Part shown: positions 13,922-26,482 of the stretch, piece by piece
Position numbering within the stretch: position 1 is the first letter of the stretch
Layout of the letters: every line of letters starts with the position of its first letter
From: Octopus bimaculoides
Taxonomy: Eukaryota
Assembly (NCBI RefSeq): GCF_001194135.2
Contig: NC_068996.1
Location: 38,083,107-38,147,106, forward strand
Direction of reading: 5' to 3'
DNA: 64,000 bases
Position numbers and translations under genes: made by a program
Notes under the pieces: generated by a model
What the model was told of the DNA's origin: nothing
The model's database searches: none
What the model saw: the letters and a program-made list of their open reading frames with translations, nothing else

Positions 13922-14727
13922 TGGTGCAGGAGTGGCTATGTTGTAAGAAGCTTGCTTCCCAACCACATAGTTCCAGATTCAGTCCCACTGCATGGCACCT
14001 TGGGCAAGTGTCTTCAACTATAGCCTCAGGCCAACCAAAGCCTTGTAAATGGCTTTGATAGACGGAAACTGAAAGAAGCCTATCGTATATACATATATAT
14101 CTATGTATATGTATATATTTGTGTGTGTTTGTCCCCCCACCGTCACTTGACAACCAATGTTGGTGTGTTTTCGTCCCTGTAATTTAGTGGTTCGGCAAAA
14201 GAGATCTGATAGAATAAGTATGAGGCTTTACAAAGAATAAGCCCTGGAGTTGATTTGTTCAACTAAAGGCAGTGCTCCAGCATGGCTGCAGTCAAATGAC
14301 TGAAACAAATGAAAGAATGAAAAAATAAATATATATACATGTATTTTTTATCTTTTACTTGTTTCTGTCATCAAACTGAGGCCATACTGGAGCACCACCT
14401 TGAGGAATTTTTAGTTGAATGAATTGACTCCCAAAACTAATCTCCTAAGCCTGGTACTTATTTTCTTGGTGTCTTTTTGCCAAAATTACAGGGACATAAA
14501 CACACCAGTACCAGTTGTTAAGCGGTGGTGGGGGACAGACACATAGATGAACACACATGCCTACACACACATGCGCACACGTGCACACACACACATGACA
14601 GGCTTATTCAGTTTCATCTACCAAATCCATTCACAAAACTTTGGTTAGTGCAAGGTGCCAGTGAGACTGAACCCAGAACCATTTGGTTGGAAAGCAAACA
14701 TCATACACCTAGTCACACCAGCGCCTA
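13921..14727. repeat. Tail-to-tail inverted pair of the bipartite SINE
   Basis: + copy 13921-14325 and - copy 14345-14727 separated by about 20 nt. Confidence 0.75.
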
Positions 14728-14762
14728 TTTGCATATATGTATGTATGTTTTTAAGTTCATTC

Positions 14763-14800
<38 letters not shown>

Positions 14801-14821
14801 TTGTTAGAAATGGAGAAAGTA

Positions 14822-14855
<34 letters not shown>

Positions 14856-15239
14856 NNNNNNNNNNNNNNNNNNNNNNNNNNNNNNNNNNNNNNNNNNNNN
14901 NNNNNNNNNNNNNNNNNNNNNNNNNNNNNNNNNNNNNNNNNNNNNNNNNNNNNNNNNNNNNNNNNNNNNNNNNNNNNNNNNNNNNNNNNNNNNNNNNNNN
15001 NNNNNNNNNNNNNNNNNNNNNNNNNNNNNNNNNNNNNNNNNNNNNNNNNNNNNNNNNNNNNNNNNNNNNNNNNNNNNNNNNNNNNNNNNNNNNNNNNNNN
15101 NNNNNNNNNNNNNNNNNNNNNNNNNNNNNNNNNNNNNNNNNNNNNNNNNNNNNNNNNNNNNNNNNNNNNNNNATATATAGTAATGGTAAGATAACAGAAG
15201 AATGAATGACACCTCGATATTATGTAAATAGAGGAATTT

Positions 15240-15460
15240 ATCTGTAATATAATATGTGACAATTATTCGGTTGCCATAATAAGACTCCGAGTTTCAGATG
15301 TCGGGGAAAACTGCTCCAGCATCTCGTCAGTTATCGAGGCAAAAAATCTTTTGATTGCTTCGATAACTGACAAGATGCCAGAGCAGTTTTCCACCCCGAT
15401 TTCCGAAACTCAGAGCCTTGTTATGGCAACTGAATAATTGTCACATATTATATTACAGAT
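15240..15460. repeat. Palindromic MITE (~100-bp arms, ~12-nt loop)
   Basis: ATCTGTAATATAATATGTGACAATTATTC... mirrored by ...GAATAATTGTCACATATTATATTACAGAT. Confidence 0.9.
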
Positions 15461-15810
15461 TATAATATATACACACACATACATATTTCATTGTCATCAT
15501 CGTTTGAAATCCACTTTTCATGCTGGCATGAGTTGGACGGTTTGACATGGGGCTGACTAGTCAGGGAACTTTCCAGACCCCAGTTGTCTGTTAAATATAT
15601 CTATTAAAATGAGATATCAATGTTATTTTCATTTTTGTGTAATTTAGACAACAGTTTATTCACCGGACCCTGTAAATATATGTGTGTGTGTGTGTATACA
15701 TACACACACATACACATATGTATATATTAAACATATTACACATATGTGTGTATATATATATATATTACGCTTGCATTTTGCATGTGCGTGTGTGTGTGTG
15801 TGTGTATATA

Positions 15811-15868
<58 letters not shown>

Positions 15869-18149
15869 TTAAGACATAGGTTCATATCCCAATTGGTTAC
15901 CAACCCAATGATATTACTCATTTTTGTTTGTTTGCCCATGGCCTGGTATTCTGGCTGGTCGACTGCCTAAGTATGTTATTTTTTGGTAAATATATCTGTT
16001 AAACTGAGATGTTAGTGTTATTTACATCTTTGCATAGTTTAGACAACAATTTATTCACTGCACCCTGTATGTGTGTGTGTGTGTGTGTCTGTGTGTGTGT
16101 GTGTGTAATTAATATATAATTAAATTGGTTGGTGACAAAACAAGACAAGAAAATAAATTTGGTATATTTTTAATTCCCTGTTACTCATTTTTCATTACAA
16201 GATAGAAGTTAGAAAGGTATACATGTAAAATTATCTATAATTCTTCAAAGATCCAAAAGCAATACAAATTTACAGTTGGGTGCTGCTACTATGTGTAATA
16301 TTGAACATTAAATCAGAAGTGTATTGAGAGATAGAGGGAAAGGTTAGTGAAGATGCAAGATAGTAATATAGAGTGAGTGAGAATTAGAGAAAACACATAC
16401 ATCATTATCATTTAAAATCTGTCTTCCATGTGCTTAAGTTGGACAGTTTGACAGGAACTAGTAAGTCAGAAGACTGCACCAAGTTCTGCTGTCTGTTTTG
16501 GCATGATTTCTATGATTGGAAACCCTTCCTAATGCCAACCACTTTGCAAGAGATTACTGGGTGCTTTTTATGTGGCACCAGCAGTAACTTGCAGGAGAAG
16601 ATGCCTCAATTTGGAGGTGGGGATTAGTATTGAGGGACAAAAACAGTGCCATGCATTAGAAGAGGGACATGGGCTAGCTCAGATGGAGAGAGAAAGATGG
16701 TGAAGATGTGGCATGGAGGGAGCAGGGGTCTCACACCCTAGTTACAGGGTGGTATATATAGTGAAGTAGGCCAAGGATTATAGAGGATGAGTGGGTGGGT
16801 GAGTACACAAGATTCTAGAAGGAGTGGGAGGGGTCTAGAGGTGGAAGGGAATGTAATACATGGGCACTGGTAGAGGGAGGAGGTATTAGGTGGATATATT
16901 GTGGGGAAGGCATTCAAGGGTACATGAAAGAAAACGGATGGGAAGGGAGTGGAAACTGCCATGATGAGCATAGTGGGTGGTGGTGGATGAAGGTGGGACA
17001 TGGATGTGGATTTTACTTAATTGGGTAGCTCTTTCCAAACACAGCAAATCACCAATTGTCTCAGTTTGTTGTCATCTTTTCTGTGTAGCTCAACATCTGA
17101 AAATACATATGTATGTAGTCGTATCTACACACACACAGAGATTTATATCTAACACATGCACATATATACATATATATATATCCGCATAGACACATATATA
17201 CAAAAGGACATTACACCAATATATATNNNNNNNNNNNNNNNNNNNNNNNNNNNNNNNNNNNNNNNNNNNNNNNNNNNNNNNNNNNNNNNNNNNNNNNNNN
17301 NNNNNNNNNNNNNNNNNNNNNNNNNNNNNNNNTATATATACACATACCTATACACCCCTCCCCCACAGACACATACACTCATCCATACATATACACAATA
17401 CAGGTATAATGTACAAATGTATGCTCATATTGATGCATATGAATAGACACATCCATGTGAAGAAAAACACATCTTCATCATAAACGCACGTCTTCAGTAT
17501 AAATACACATACATGCATGTATACATACCCATATATATATATATACACACACATACACAGCAGGCATTAAATGATGACGGTGATGATGATGATGATGATG
17601 TGTGTGTGTGTGTGTATGTTTGTGCCTGTGTTTGTCCCCCACCACTGCTTGACAACTGGTGCCGATGTGTTTACGCCCTTGTAATTTAGCAGTTTGGTGA
17701 AAGAAACTGATACAATAAGTTACAGGCTTAAAAAATGAAATAAATACTGGGGTTGATTCATTCAACTAAAAAATTCTTCATGGCCACAGTCTACTGACCA
17801 AAACATGTAAAAGATATATATAAAAGATATACATGCATACATAACACACAGTTACAGAGACAGACATCCACAAACCTACAGTAGGGCTACAGATATATAT
17901 ATATACATGTTATTCTTCACACACACATACATGCGAATTGCATACATATATATGCACTATCACTTACATTAAGAAATAAAGAAGAAAGCTAACTCCCACA
18001 TCACATATTTACACATTTTTTTCAATACTAGTAAATGTACTGATGTTTAATATAGTTCTATATTTAAGAGATGAGGAATTATGTACATTAGTGATATTAT
18101 TTACATTATTTACATTCGGCGGATATTTGTCCTCATCTTGTTTGTTGTT

Positions 18150-18195
18150 AACACAACATTTCGGCTGATATACCCTCCAGCTTTCTTCAGGTGTC
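18150..18195 (-). ncRNA. Minimal type I hammerhead ribozyme motif (left SINE copy)
   Basis: GACAC-CUGAAGA-A-AGCUG...CAGCC-GAAA-UGUU-GUGUU; stem I GACAC/GUGUU; helix III ACGU decayed to AUGU. Confidence 0.65.
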
Positions 18196-18491
18196 TTGGG
18201 GAAATTTTGAACTTGGGTTCTCATTCCTAAGGTATTTTTCGATGTTGTTGTTATTATTATTATTATTATTATTATTCAGGTCACTGCTTGGAATTGAACT
18301 CGGAATCTTGGGGTTAGTAGCCTACACTCTTAACCACTATGCCATAAGCCCATGGGCATATGGCGTAGTGGTTAAGAGCGTGGGCTGCTAACCCCAAGAT
18401 TCCAAGTATGATTCCAAGCAGTGACCTGAACACTAACAATAATAATAATAATAACATCGAAAAATACCTTGGGAATGAGAACTTTCCCCAA

Positions 18492-18537
18492 GATACCTGA
18501 AGAAGGCTGGAGGGTATATCAGCCGAAACATTGTGTT
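18492..18537 (+). ncRNA. Minimal type I hammerhead ribozyme motif (right SINE copy)
   Basis: GAUAC-CUGAAGA-A-GGCUG(gagggtatat)CAGCC-GAAA-CAUU-GUGUU; perfect 5-bp stem II; helix III ACGU decayed to ACAU. Confidence 0.65.
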
Positions 18538-19089
18538 AACAACAAACAAGATGAGGACAAATATCCGTTGAATGTACATAATGTAAATAATGTACTGATG
18601 TTTAATTTGTTCTGTTTTTTTTTTTACCAAAGTTGTCATGCTGTGGTATTTTATTACATTAGTTTGTTTATTCTTTCTTTATAATTCATTTCAAGGATAT
18701 AATGGTTATTTTTCAAATAAACATAAGAGAAATTCAAGTTTAGACTATAAATAATATTATTAAGTTGGTGACAAAGACCTAGAGAAGTTTGAGAAGTACA
18801 AGCCACTAAATGATGAAATTGCATGAATGTTGGGTGGGCAGTGAAGAAAGTAACTGTAATCGCAGTACTTGTATGGCCACTAGGAATAGGTTTGAGAATA
18901 ATAACCAGGTTTGAGACACTTGTTGGAGAAATTTGGATTGACATGAGGGTAGGACATGCTTAGAAAACTACTTCATTGGAAACAGCGAGGATTTTGAGAT
19001 GGATACTACAGGTTGTTGTCTGCTCTTACAGAATTAGCCAGAGCAAGTGAAATGAAGAGCTCTGAGAAGTGAAATGGAAATAATAATAA

Positions 19090-19633
19090 TAATAGTACCA
19101 AGCAGTGGCTCTCATGGCTTCTGATCTTAACTGATTGGAAGTGTTGTCATGTATATTGTTTTGTCTTGGTATAGAAGATGGGCTACAGCAAATATTCTGC
19201 TCAATACCACAGATTTGTTTGTCAGTTGTTTGACTATAACCAGTTGAGTATGTCCCTTGGTGGCTGACGATATGTGCATCTCTGATCATGAGCAGAAGTA
19301 GTGGAGGAGCATCATAGCCATGTGTTGAGAGGAATTCTTTGGGGTTTGGATAATTCACATCTGGAAACATGGGTGTTTTGCTCAACATCCTTAAACAAAC
19401 CTTATTCAGGGACCTTTTGAACGGGATGGGCTACTCGACCTGAAAAAAATTCTAACTGGGTCCCACCTGCGAGGTCATGCGCTGTTTATCGTGATATGAT
19501 ATCACCATGTCTTGCACGTCTGTGAGGCATGTGCCTAGTGTGCCTTTATCAGATAGATAGTCATGATGGGTATACTGGGCTTCGTATATTTTACCCCAGG
19601 GTCACTTTGGTGGCATGAACTGCTCTCTCACTC

Positions 19634-19669
<36 letters not shown>

Positions 19670-19670
19670 T
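19090..19670 (+). mobile_element. Non-coding retroposon segment ending in a (TAA)n tail
   Basis: GC-richer block bounded by short (TAA)n runs and ending CTCTCTCACTC(AAT)n; resembles a LINE 3' end or SINE; family not assigned. Confidence 0.5.
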
Positions 19671-19929
19671 TTTCCACAAGAGCAGCCATTTTGGGGGAGA
19701 GGATAAGTTGATTATAATTATAATAATTTCAAATTTTTGCACAAGGCCAACAATTTGGGGTGAGGGGTAAGGCAATTACATTGACTCCAGTGCTTGACTG
19801 GTACTTATCTTATCAATCCTGAAAGGATAAAAGGCAGAATTTGAACTCAGAACATAAAACTGGATGAAATGCGGCTAAGCATTTTGTCCGGTGTGTTAAT
19901 GATTCTGCCAGCTTGCTGCCTTAATAATA

Positions 19930-20337
19930 CTATGGAAAACTAGGAAATTGATGACAGTGCATAAAGAACTCCATGCAAGGACTTGTGCTACAAGATTTTA
20001 TATTGGAAGAAAAAAAGGAGGTAGAGGATTTATAAGTTGTGAAAATTGTGTCAAAAGTGAAGAAAACGATCTAGCGTGGTGCCTTAAGAATGTAATGGGT
20101 AACATCATGTCAAATGTAAGAGTCCTTGACACACTGAAATCTGCTGATGCAGTGACACCAAATGAAAGCAAGAAGAGAGTGGGAAAAGAACTTGTGAAGG
20201 AATGGAAGGATAAACTTATGCATAGGAAGTACATGCAAGATAAAGATTGGGATAAGAGTTGGTTGTGGCTGAGAAATAGTGACCTGGAAGGATGCACTGA
20301 CGCTCTGGTGTGCAGTGCCAAAGAGCAGGGGATATAA
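19930..20337 (+). mobile_element. RLE-clade (R4/NeSL-like) non-LTR retrotransposon fragment
   Basis: ORF 19948..20337: RKLMT.H..LH...RFYIGRKKGGRG.ISCE and SWLWLR..DL....ALVC.A.EQ post-RT motifs; truncated by a SINE. Confidence 0.7.
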
Positions 20338-20388
20338 ACATGCCGACATCGGTTGTCAAGCGATGATGGAGGGAAAACACAGACACAC

Positions 20389-20435
<47 letters not shown>

Positions 20436-23148
20436 NNNNNNNNNNNNNNNNNNNNNNNNNNNNNNNNNNNNNNNNNNNNNNNNNNNNNNNNNNNNNNNNN
20501 NNNNNNNNNNNNNNNNNNNNNNNNNNNNNNNNNNNNNNNNNNNNNNNNNNNNNNNNNNNNNNNNNNNNNNNNNNNNNNNNNNNNNNNNNNNNNNNNNNNN
20601 NNNNNNNNNNNNNNNNNNNNNNNNNNNNNNNNNNNNNNNNNNNNNNNNNNNNNNNNNNNNNNNNNNNNNNNNNNNNNNNNNNNNNNNNNNNNNNNNNNNN
20701 NNNNNNNNNNNNNNNNNNNNNNNNNNNNNNNNNNNNNNNNNNNNNNNNNNNNNNNNNNNNNNNNNNNNNNNNNNNNNNNNNNNNNNNNNNNNNNNNNNNN
20801 NNNNNNNNNNNNNNNNNNNNNNNNNNNNNNNNNNNTATATATATATGTGTGTGTGTGTGTGTACATACAATGGGCTTCTTTCAGTTTCCATTTACCAAAT
20901 CCACTCACAAGGCTTTAGTCTGCCCAAGGCTATAGTAGAAGACACTTGCCCAAGATGCCATGCAGTGGGACTGAACCCAGAACCACACAGCCACAACTAC
21001 TTTTATATACTTTTATATATATCATGTACTGTTCCGTGATAGAAAATTCAACAAAAAGTACTCTGTCTAGTGAGGGATAAATATTATCTATTTAAAGAAC
21101 ATTATCTATTTAAAGTCTTTAAGTGCTACTGATAGTTTCATATGTTGAAAAATATTTCAAACATTTTCATTAGGCACAAACCAGATGTATTTTTATATAT
21201 GTACTTAAATATACTTACTTACTTATATATGTAAGTGTATATAAGTATGTAAGTATATGAAGAGCCATACTTATATATATGTATATATGAAGAGAGAGGT
21301 GGGAGCAGAGAGGCTTATTTATAATTATAACGAAGGAGAATAATGTAAGCAGGTCTTTCTATTTCATTGATATGCAACTGTTTCATTGAAAATCAATTTC
21401 AAGAGTATTACTATTTTATGCAATAATATGTGCAGCCATTGATATATATTAGGTATTATAGACACAAAAGAAAACTGATTCTTCAGAATCATGCATAGAG
21501 GTTATGGGCTGTGGACACTTGATTAAATGATAATTTATACTTCTATCAAGTTGAGCATGTTTGAATATGGTTACATTTATATATTACAAGCCAAACTCAA
21601 CAAAACAAACTCTGGTTTGAGTAGACTATTGAAGAAGTATGAATCAAAAAATGAAAAGAAAAAATATAAGCATGAAAGAAAAGTTTGTTTTTTAGACAGT
21701 CTATAGTCTTGTCAACAGTTTCTATTTTCAAAGTAGTTTGTAGTGTCTGCCTGCCGCTTTATAGAAGTCAGCCATAATTGGTACCATAAAGGGTTAAACA
21801 ATATTTACCACAGAATCCAGTGGTTACATGCTATGTACCCAACACACGCAGCGCCAGGCAGTTGAAGAAGATATTTCATTGATATTTAGTGGTATGTCCT
21901 ACTTACCAAGAAAGAAAAGATTAATTAAAAATTAAGTAAGCCTCAGCAGACACTGACCTAAATGATATTAATTGTGCTTATATGCTCAGAGGTGAAAAAG
22001 TAAAAAAGAAAAAAAAAATCTACTTTCCTACATTCATTCCTATTGACTTTGTCAAATTTTCAAATACATAGAATGTTCTGTTATAAATGAATAGTTTTAA
22101 ATATCCTGTAAACTAGCAGACACTTTCATGTAAATATCAAAATGTAAAACAATGGTACTCAACTGAGGTCCACATGGCCCTTGGGGAAGCCATATAAGAG
22201 TTTGTTGTTAAAATTTATCTGCAATAAATTGTTTATACTTCTACAATAGACAAAATATTTTAATAAGTATTTTTATACAATTCCTAATAATATTTTATTC
22301 GTGGCCATTGCCAGTACGGACTGGCCCTCGTGCCAGTGGCACGTAAAAAGCACCCACTACATTCTCAGAGTGGTTGGTGTTAGGAAGGGCATCCAGCCAT
22401 AGAAACTCTGCCAGATCAGATTCGAGTTTGGTGTAGCCATCTGGTTCGCCGGTCCCCAGTCAAATCGTCCAACCCATGCTAGCATGGAAAGTGCACGTTA
22501 AATGTTGATGATGATGAATAAGCTTTTTTTAACACCAAGTGGCTTGGAGGGTTCATTCGAGTAAAATAAGAATTAAAGTGGTCCATAAGTTTTGAAAAAA
22601 TGGTTGAGAAACATTTATTTAAAAGATAGTATTTTTCACGAAAATTCCTTCCTAACTGATGATGTGTGTACCCCAAACATTGTTATGGAGGCTTGTTTAG
22701 AAATCTTTGGAAAATGGGTTTTAGACAGTTACATTAATAATTATAAATTTTCTAATGAATATTTTGTTTTGTATTTCTTGAAAGTCTTTCTGAAGCTATG
22801 GTGACATCTCATAAGTTCAGAATATCTAGTAATCAGGTTTTCTTTAGATATGACACCCAACAAAGCTTACATAACTTATAATGTCTGTCACATGGATTTG
22901 CAGTTCCTCTTACAGACAAGTTAATGTTGTATGGAATCTTCCTTTCTGTCAAATGATAGATAAGGGTAGCCAAGGAAGTATCATGTCTCTTGTTTATATC
23001 ATGAAATGACACAGCTTGATTACACCATTGATTTTCAAAACAATCAGCTGTTGCACCCGTATATCTATATTTGCTTTCTTCAGTCTGAACAGTGCATTTA
23101 TATATAATGTTTTATGGAGACACTTATTACCCAAAGGTTGGTTACTTC

Positions 23149-23195
<47 letters not shown>

Positions 23196-23301
23196 ACTTG
23201 GGGATGGTCATATTGCCAGTTTAGCCAATAAAAACACACGCACTGTATATTTGGTGTTAATTTGCTTCAGCTTTATATTACATTAATCTTAATCTTATTT
23301 C

Positions 23302-23345
23302 GGCCAGAGTTCTTTGGTCACACTTCTGTGACCTCATCAGTGGTC
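23302..23345 (-). ncRNA. Degenerate hammerhead-like motif
   Basis: GACCA-CUGAUGA-GGUCAC(agaagu)GUGACC-AAA-GAACUC-UGGCC; 6-bp stem II and stem I present, but core G12 missing. Confidence 0.4.
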
Positions 23346-23935
23346 CTTTGTTTCCTTCTTTCTTATGTGTGTCTCACCTTGCTAACTATCAGCCATTTTG
23401 TATTTTGTATTCCTATTGTATGTGTCTACNNNNNNNNNNNNNNNNNNNNNNNNNNNNNNNNNNNNNNNNNNNNNNNNNNNNNNNNNNNNNNNNNNNNNNN
23501 NNNNNNNNNNNNNNNNNNNNNNNNNNNNNNNNNNNNNNNNNNNNNNNNNNNNNNNNNNNNNNNNNNNNNNNNNNNNNNNNNNNNNNNNNNNNNNNNNNNN
23601 NNNNNNNNNNNNNNNNNNNNNNNNNNNNNNNNNNNNNNNNNNNNNNNNNNNNNNNNNNNNNNNNNNNNNNNNNNNNNNNNNNNNNNNNNNNNNNNNNNNN
23701 NNNNNNNNNNNNNNNNNNNNNNNNNNNNNNNNNNNNNNNNNNNNNNNNNNNNNNNNNNNNNNNNNNNNNNNNNNNNNNNNNNNNNNNNNNNNNNNNNNNN
23801 NNNNNNNNNNNNNNNNNNNNNNNNNNNNNNNNNNNNNNNNNNNNNNNNNNNNNNNNNNNNNNNNNNNNNNNNNNNNNNNNNNNNNNNNNNNNNNNNNNNN
23901 NNNNNNNNNNNNNNNNNNNNNNNNNNNNNNNNNNN

Positions 23936-23981
<46 letters not shown>

Positions 23982-24001
23982 ACATACACACACACACACA
24001 C

Positions 24002-25191
24002 GACAGAAGTAAATAGACATCCTTATAATCATTAAAATTTATTTAAATCTGAAATTATGCACTCAAATTATTTACTAATTGTTATAATGTGAATATTTAA
24101 TATTTGATAGGCATGTTAATGATCAGATGATGAATATTCTCTTGAAGAATTTCTTGCCAAGTTTCATGCAGTAATCTCAAAAGATCTGGCTTTGAAGATG
24201 CTTTCTTGTTCTTTTTATGAAGAATCCTGTCCATTATGCCCCTGAGGTGTTCAATAGGGTTCATATCTCATGACTGGTTTGGCCATGGAAGCTTTTTAAT
24301 CCCATTCTCATCCAACAAATCTTGGGTCATTTTAGCTGTGTGACAAGGAGCTCCATCTTCCACAAATAAAGAATCTTCTTTAATCATTTCACCACTGGAG
24401 AAGGTTGAAATGAGTCCTTTATGCAATATGGACACATATTTATCTGAATTTATGTTTCCCTCACACTCCACCAGCTCTGATTGACCATTGCTCCAAATTA
24501 CTCCCCAGATCATCATAGAATAGCTGCCATGTTTCATTGTTGGCTGCAATCTATTCATGTCAAATTCTTGATCACAGACTCTCCAGACCCACACTCGACT
24601 ACTGTCAGAAAATACAGTAAATCTGGACTCACTGGAAAATATGACTGTCCCAAAATGCCTGTGGCCTCTCCACCATCTCACTGGCCCAATCTTTTCTCCG
24701 CTTGATGTTGGCTGGTTGAAGAAATGGCTTCCTCCTTGATCTGCCATAGTAACCAAATTTGTGGAGATACCTGACAGCTGTTCTGGGACTGACATCAACT
24801 TGTTCTGCTATGTCAGAGGCCCTGCAACGAGAATTATACTCCACACTTCTTTTAGCAAAGAGAAGGGCCCTGTCAGAGGCCCCTGGCTGATCTGGGCGAG
24901 GTGATGTGGACTCCTTCTCCTCTCGGGTGAATTCCATAATCATTCTATTAACTGTAGAAAGCGGATCCCAAGGTTTTCTGCGATTTTACAGTATACCCAC
25001 CTTCAGAATGACCCAATATACAGCCTCTTCGATATTCAGACAGTTTCAAGGCTTCTTTTGTACATGGCATGATTAAACAGTCACATATAGAACCTGAAAC
25101 ATAAAAATGTCATTTAATAAGAAAATATAAATCTTTACTAGTTAGAATAAACATAAAACGATGTTTTATGGGGAGTCTATTTACTTCTGTC
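24002..25191 (-). mobile_element. Near full-length degenerate Tc1 (DD34E) transposon with TIRs, inserted in a TA/CA microsatellite
   Basis: Transposase from ATG 25070 to about 24100 across frameshifts (HTH; FSSESRF; EDGAPCH; S*DMNPIEH); 17-bp perfect inverted repeat GACAGAAGTAAATAGAC at 24002-24018 and 25175-25191. Confidence 0.9.
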
Positions 25192-25203
25192 ATGTCTCTG
25201 TGT

Positions 25204-25235
<32 letters not shown>

Positions 25236-25486
25236 NNNNNNNNNNNNNNNNNNNNNNNNNNNNNNNNNNNNNNNNNNNNNNNNNNNNNNNNNNNNNNNNN
25301 NNNNNNNNNNNNNNNNNNNNNNNNNNNNNNNNNNNNNNNNNNNNNNNNNNNNNNNNNNNNNNNNNNNNNNNNNNNNNNNNNNNNNNNNNNNNNNNNNNNN
25401 NNNNNNNNNNNNNNNNNNNNNNNNNNNNNNNNNNNNNNNNNNNNNNNNNNNNNNNNNNNNNNNNNNNNNNNNNGGACGTTAAATGA

Positions 25487-25553
<67 letters not shown>

Positions 25554-26077
25554 CACACACACATATGCATACACGCTCACACACACAGAGTTATATATTT
25601 ATACATCATCATCATCATTTCACATGTTTTCCATGGTGGCATGGGCTGGACAGTTTGACTAGAGCTGGCAAGGTTGGGAACCATACCAGGCTCCATTGTT
25701 TTGGCATGGTTTCTACATCTGGTTGCCCTTCCTAACACCAACCACTTCACAGAGTGTACTAGGTGCTTTTTACGTGGCACCAGCACCGGTGCTTTCCATG
25801 TGATCCTATCACCGACAGCATCATGAAGTACCTTGCAAGATAAAAAAAGAAAACAAAGTGATGATGAGTGACAAAATTCCTTCAACTGGGCAGAGCAGTA
25901 TTGAGTGGGGTGGTTTTGAGTCACTTGAGGGATTAAGATATAGAGGGACAGATATAGGTGTCTTGCTGTAGATACATGGATACCTCAGTTGGAAAGGAAT
26001 GAAATGTGAATTACAGACTAAAATAAGGAGAGATATAGTGAGATGATGACAAAGATGAGTTGGGACTACGGCAGCGG

Positions 26078-26482
26078 TATTGGAATTTAATAGTTATCGC
26101 CAAGCCAACATGGCAGTCCCAAAATTAGGACAAAAGCTGCCGTGAATTAGCTCCAAGAAGCCATCGCCTCTAGCTAGCTATGTGACACACGAAACCTGTG
26201 TCCTTTATAACCTTCGAACAGGGGAGGTCAGCAGCTTCCCCTTGCTGGTTTGGCATCTGCAGACTAGACTAGTTTCAGGGTGTTGCCCCTTGTCAATGCA
26301 GAACAGCCAAGCTCCAGCCAGGCGGTGCTACTGACTGTCTGTTCGAAGATTATAAAGGACACAGGTTTCGTGTGTCACATAGCTAGCTAGAGGCGATGGC
26401 TTCTTGGAGCTAATTCACGGCAGCTTTCGTCCTAATTTTGGGACTGCCATGTTGGCTTGGCGATAACTATTAATTTCCAGTA
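26078..26482. repeat. Foldback MITE with 144-bp near-perfect inverted arms
   Basis: 26078-26221 vs 26339-26482, about 4 mismatches; TA at both termini; right end abuts a gap. Confidence 0.92.

Larger units (their letters stand above)
18052..18588. mobile_element. Head-to-head palindromic pair of a tRNA-headed SINE with Penelope-type tail, flanked by an 18-bp direct repeat
   Basis: Axis at GCCCA|TGGGC (18352/18353); A box TGGCGTAGTGG at 18361; B box GAGTTCAATTCC in the left copy; AATGTACTGATGTTTAAT at 18034-18051 and 18589-18606. Confidence 0.85.

Noticed and set aside
18361-18425. tRNA-like sequence (also 51295-51360 and other SINE heads)
   Set aside because: A/B boxes present but no complete cloverleaf; they continue into SINE bodies, so they are not tRNA genes.
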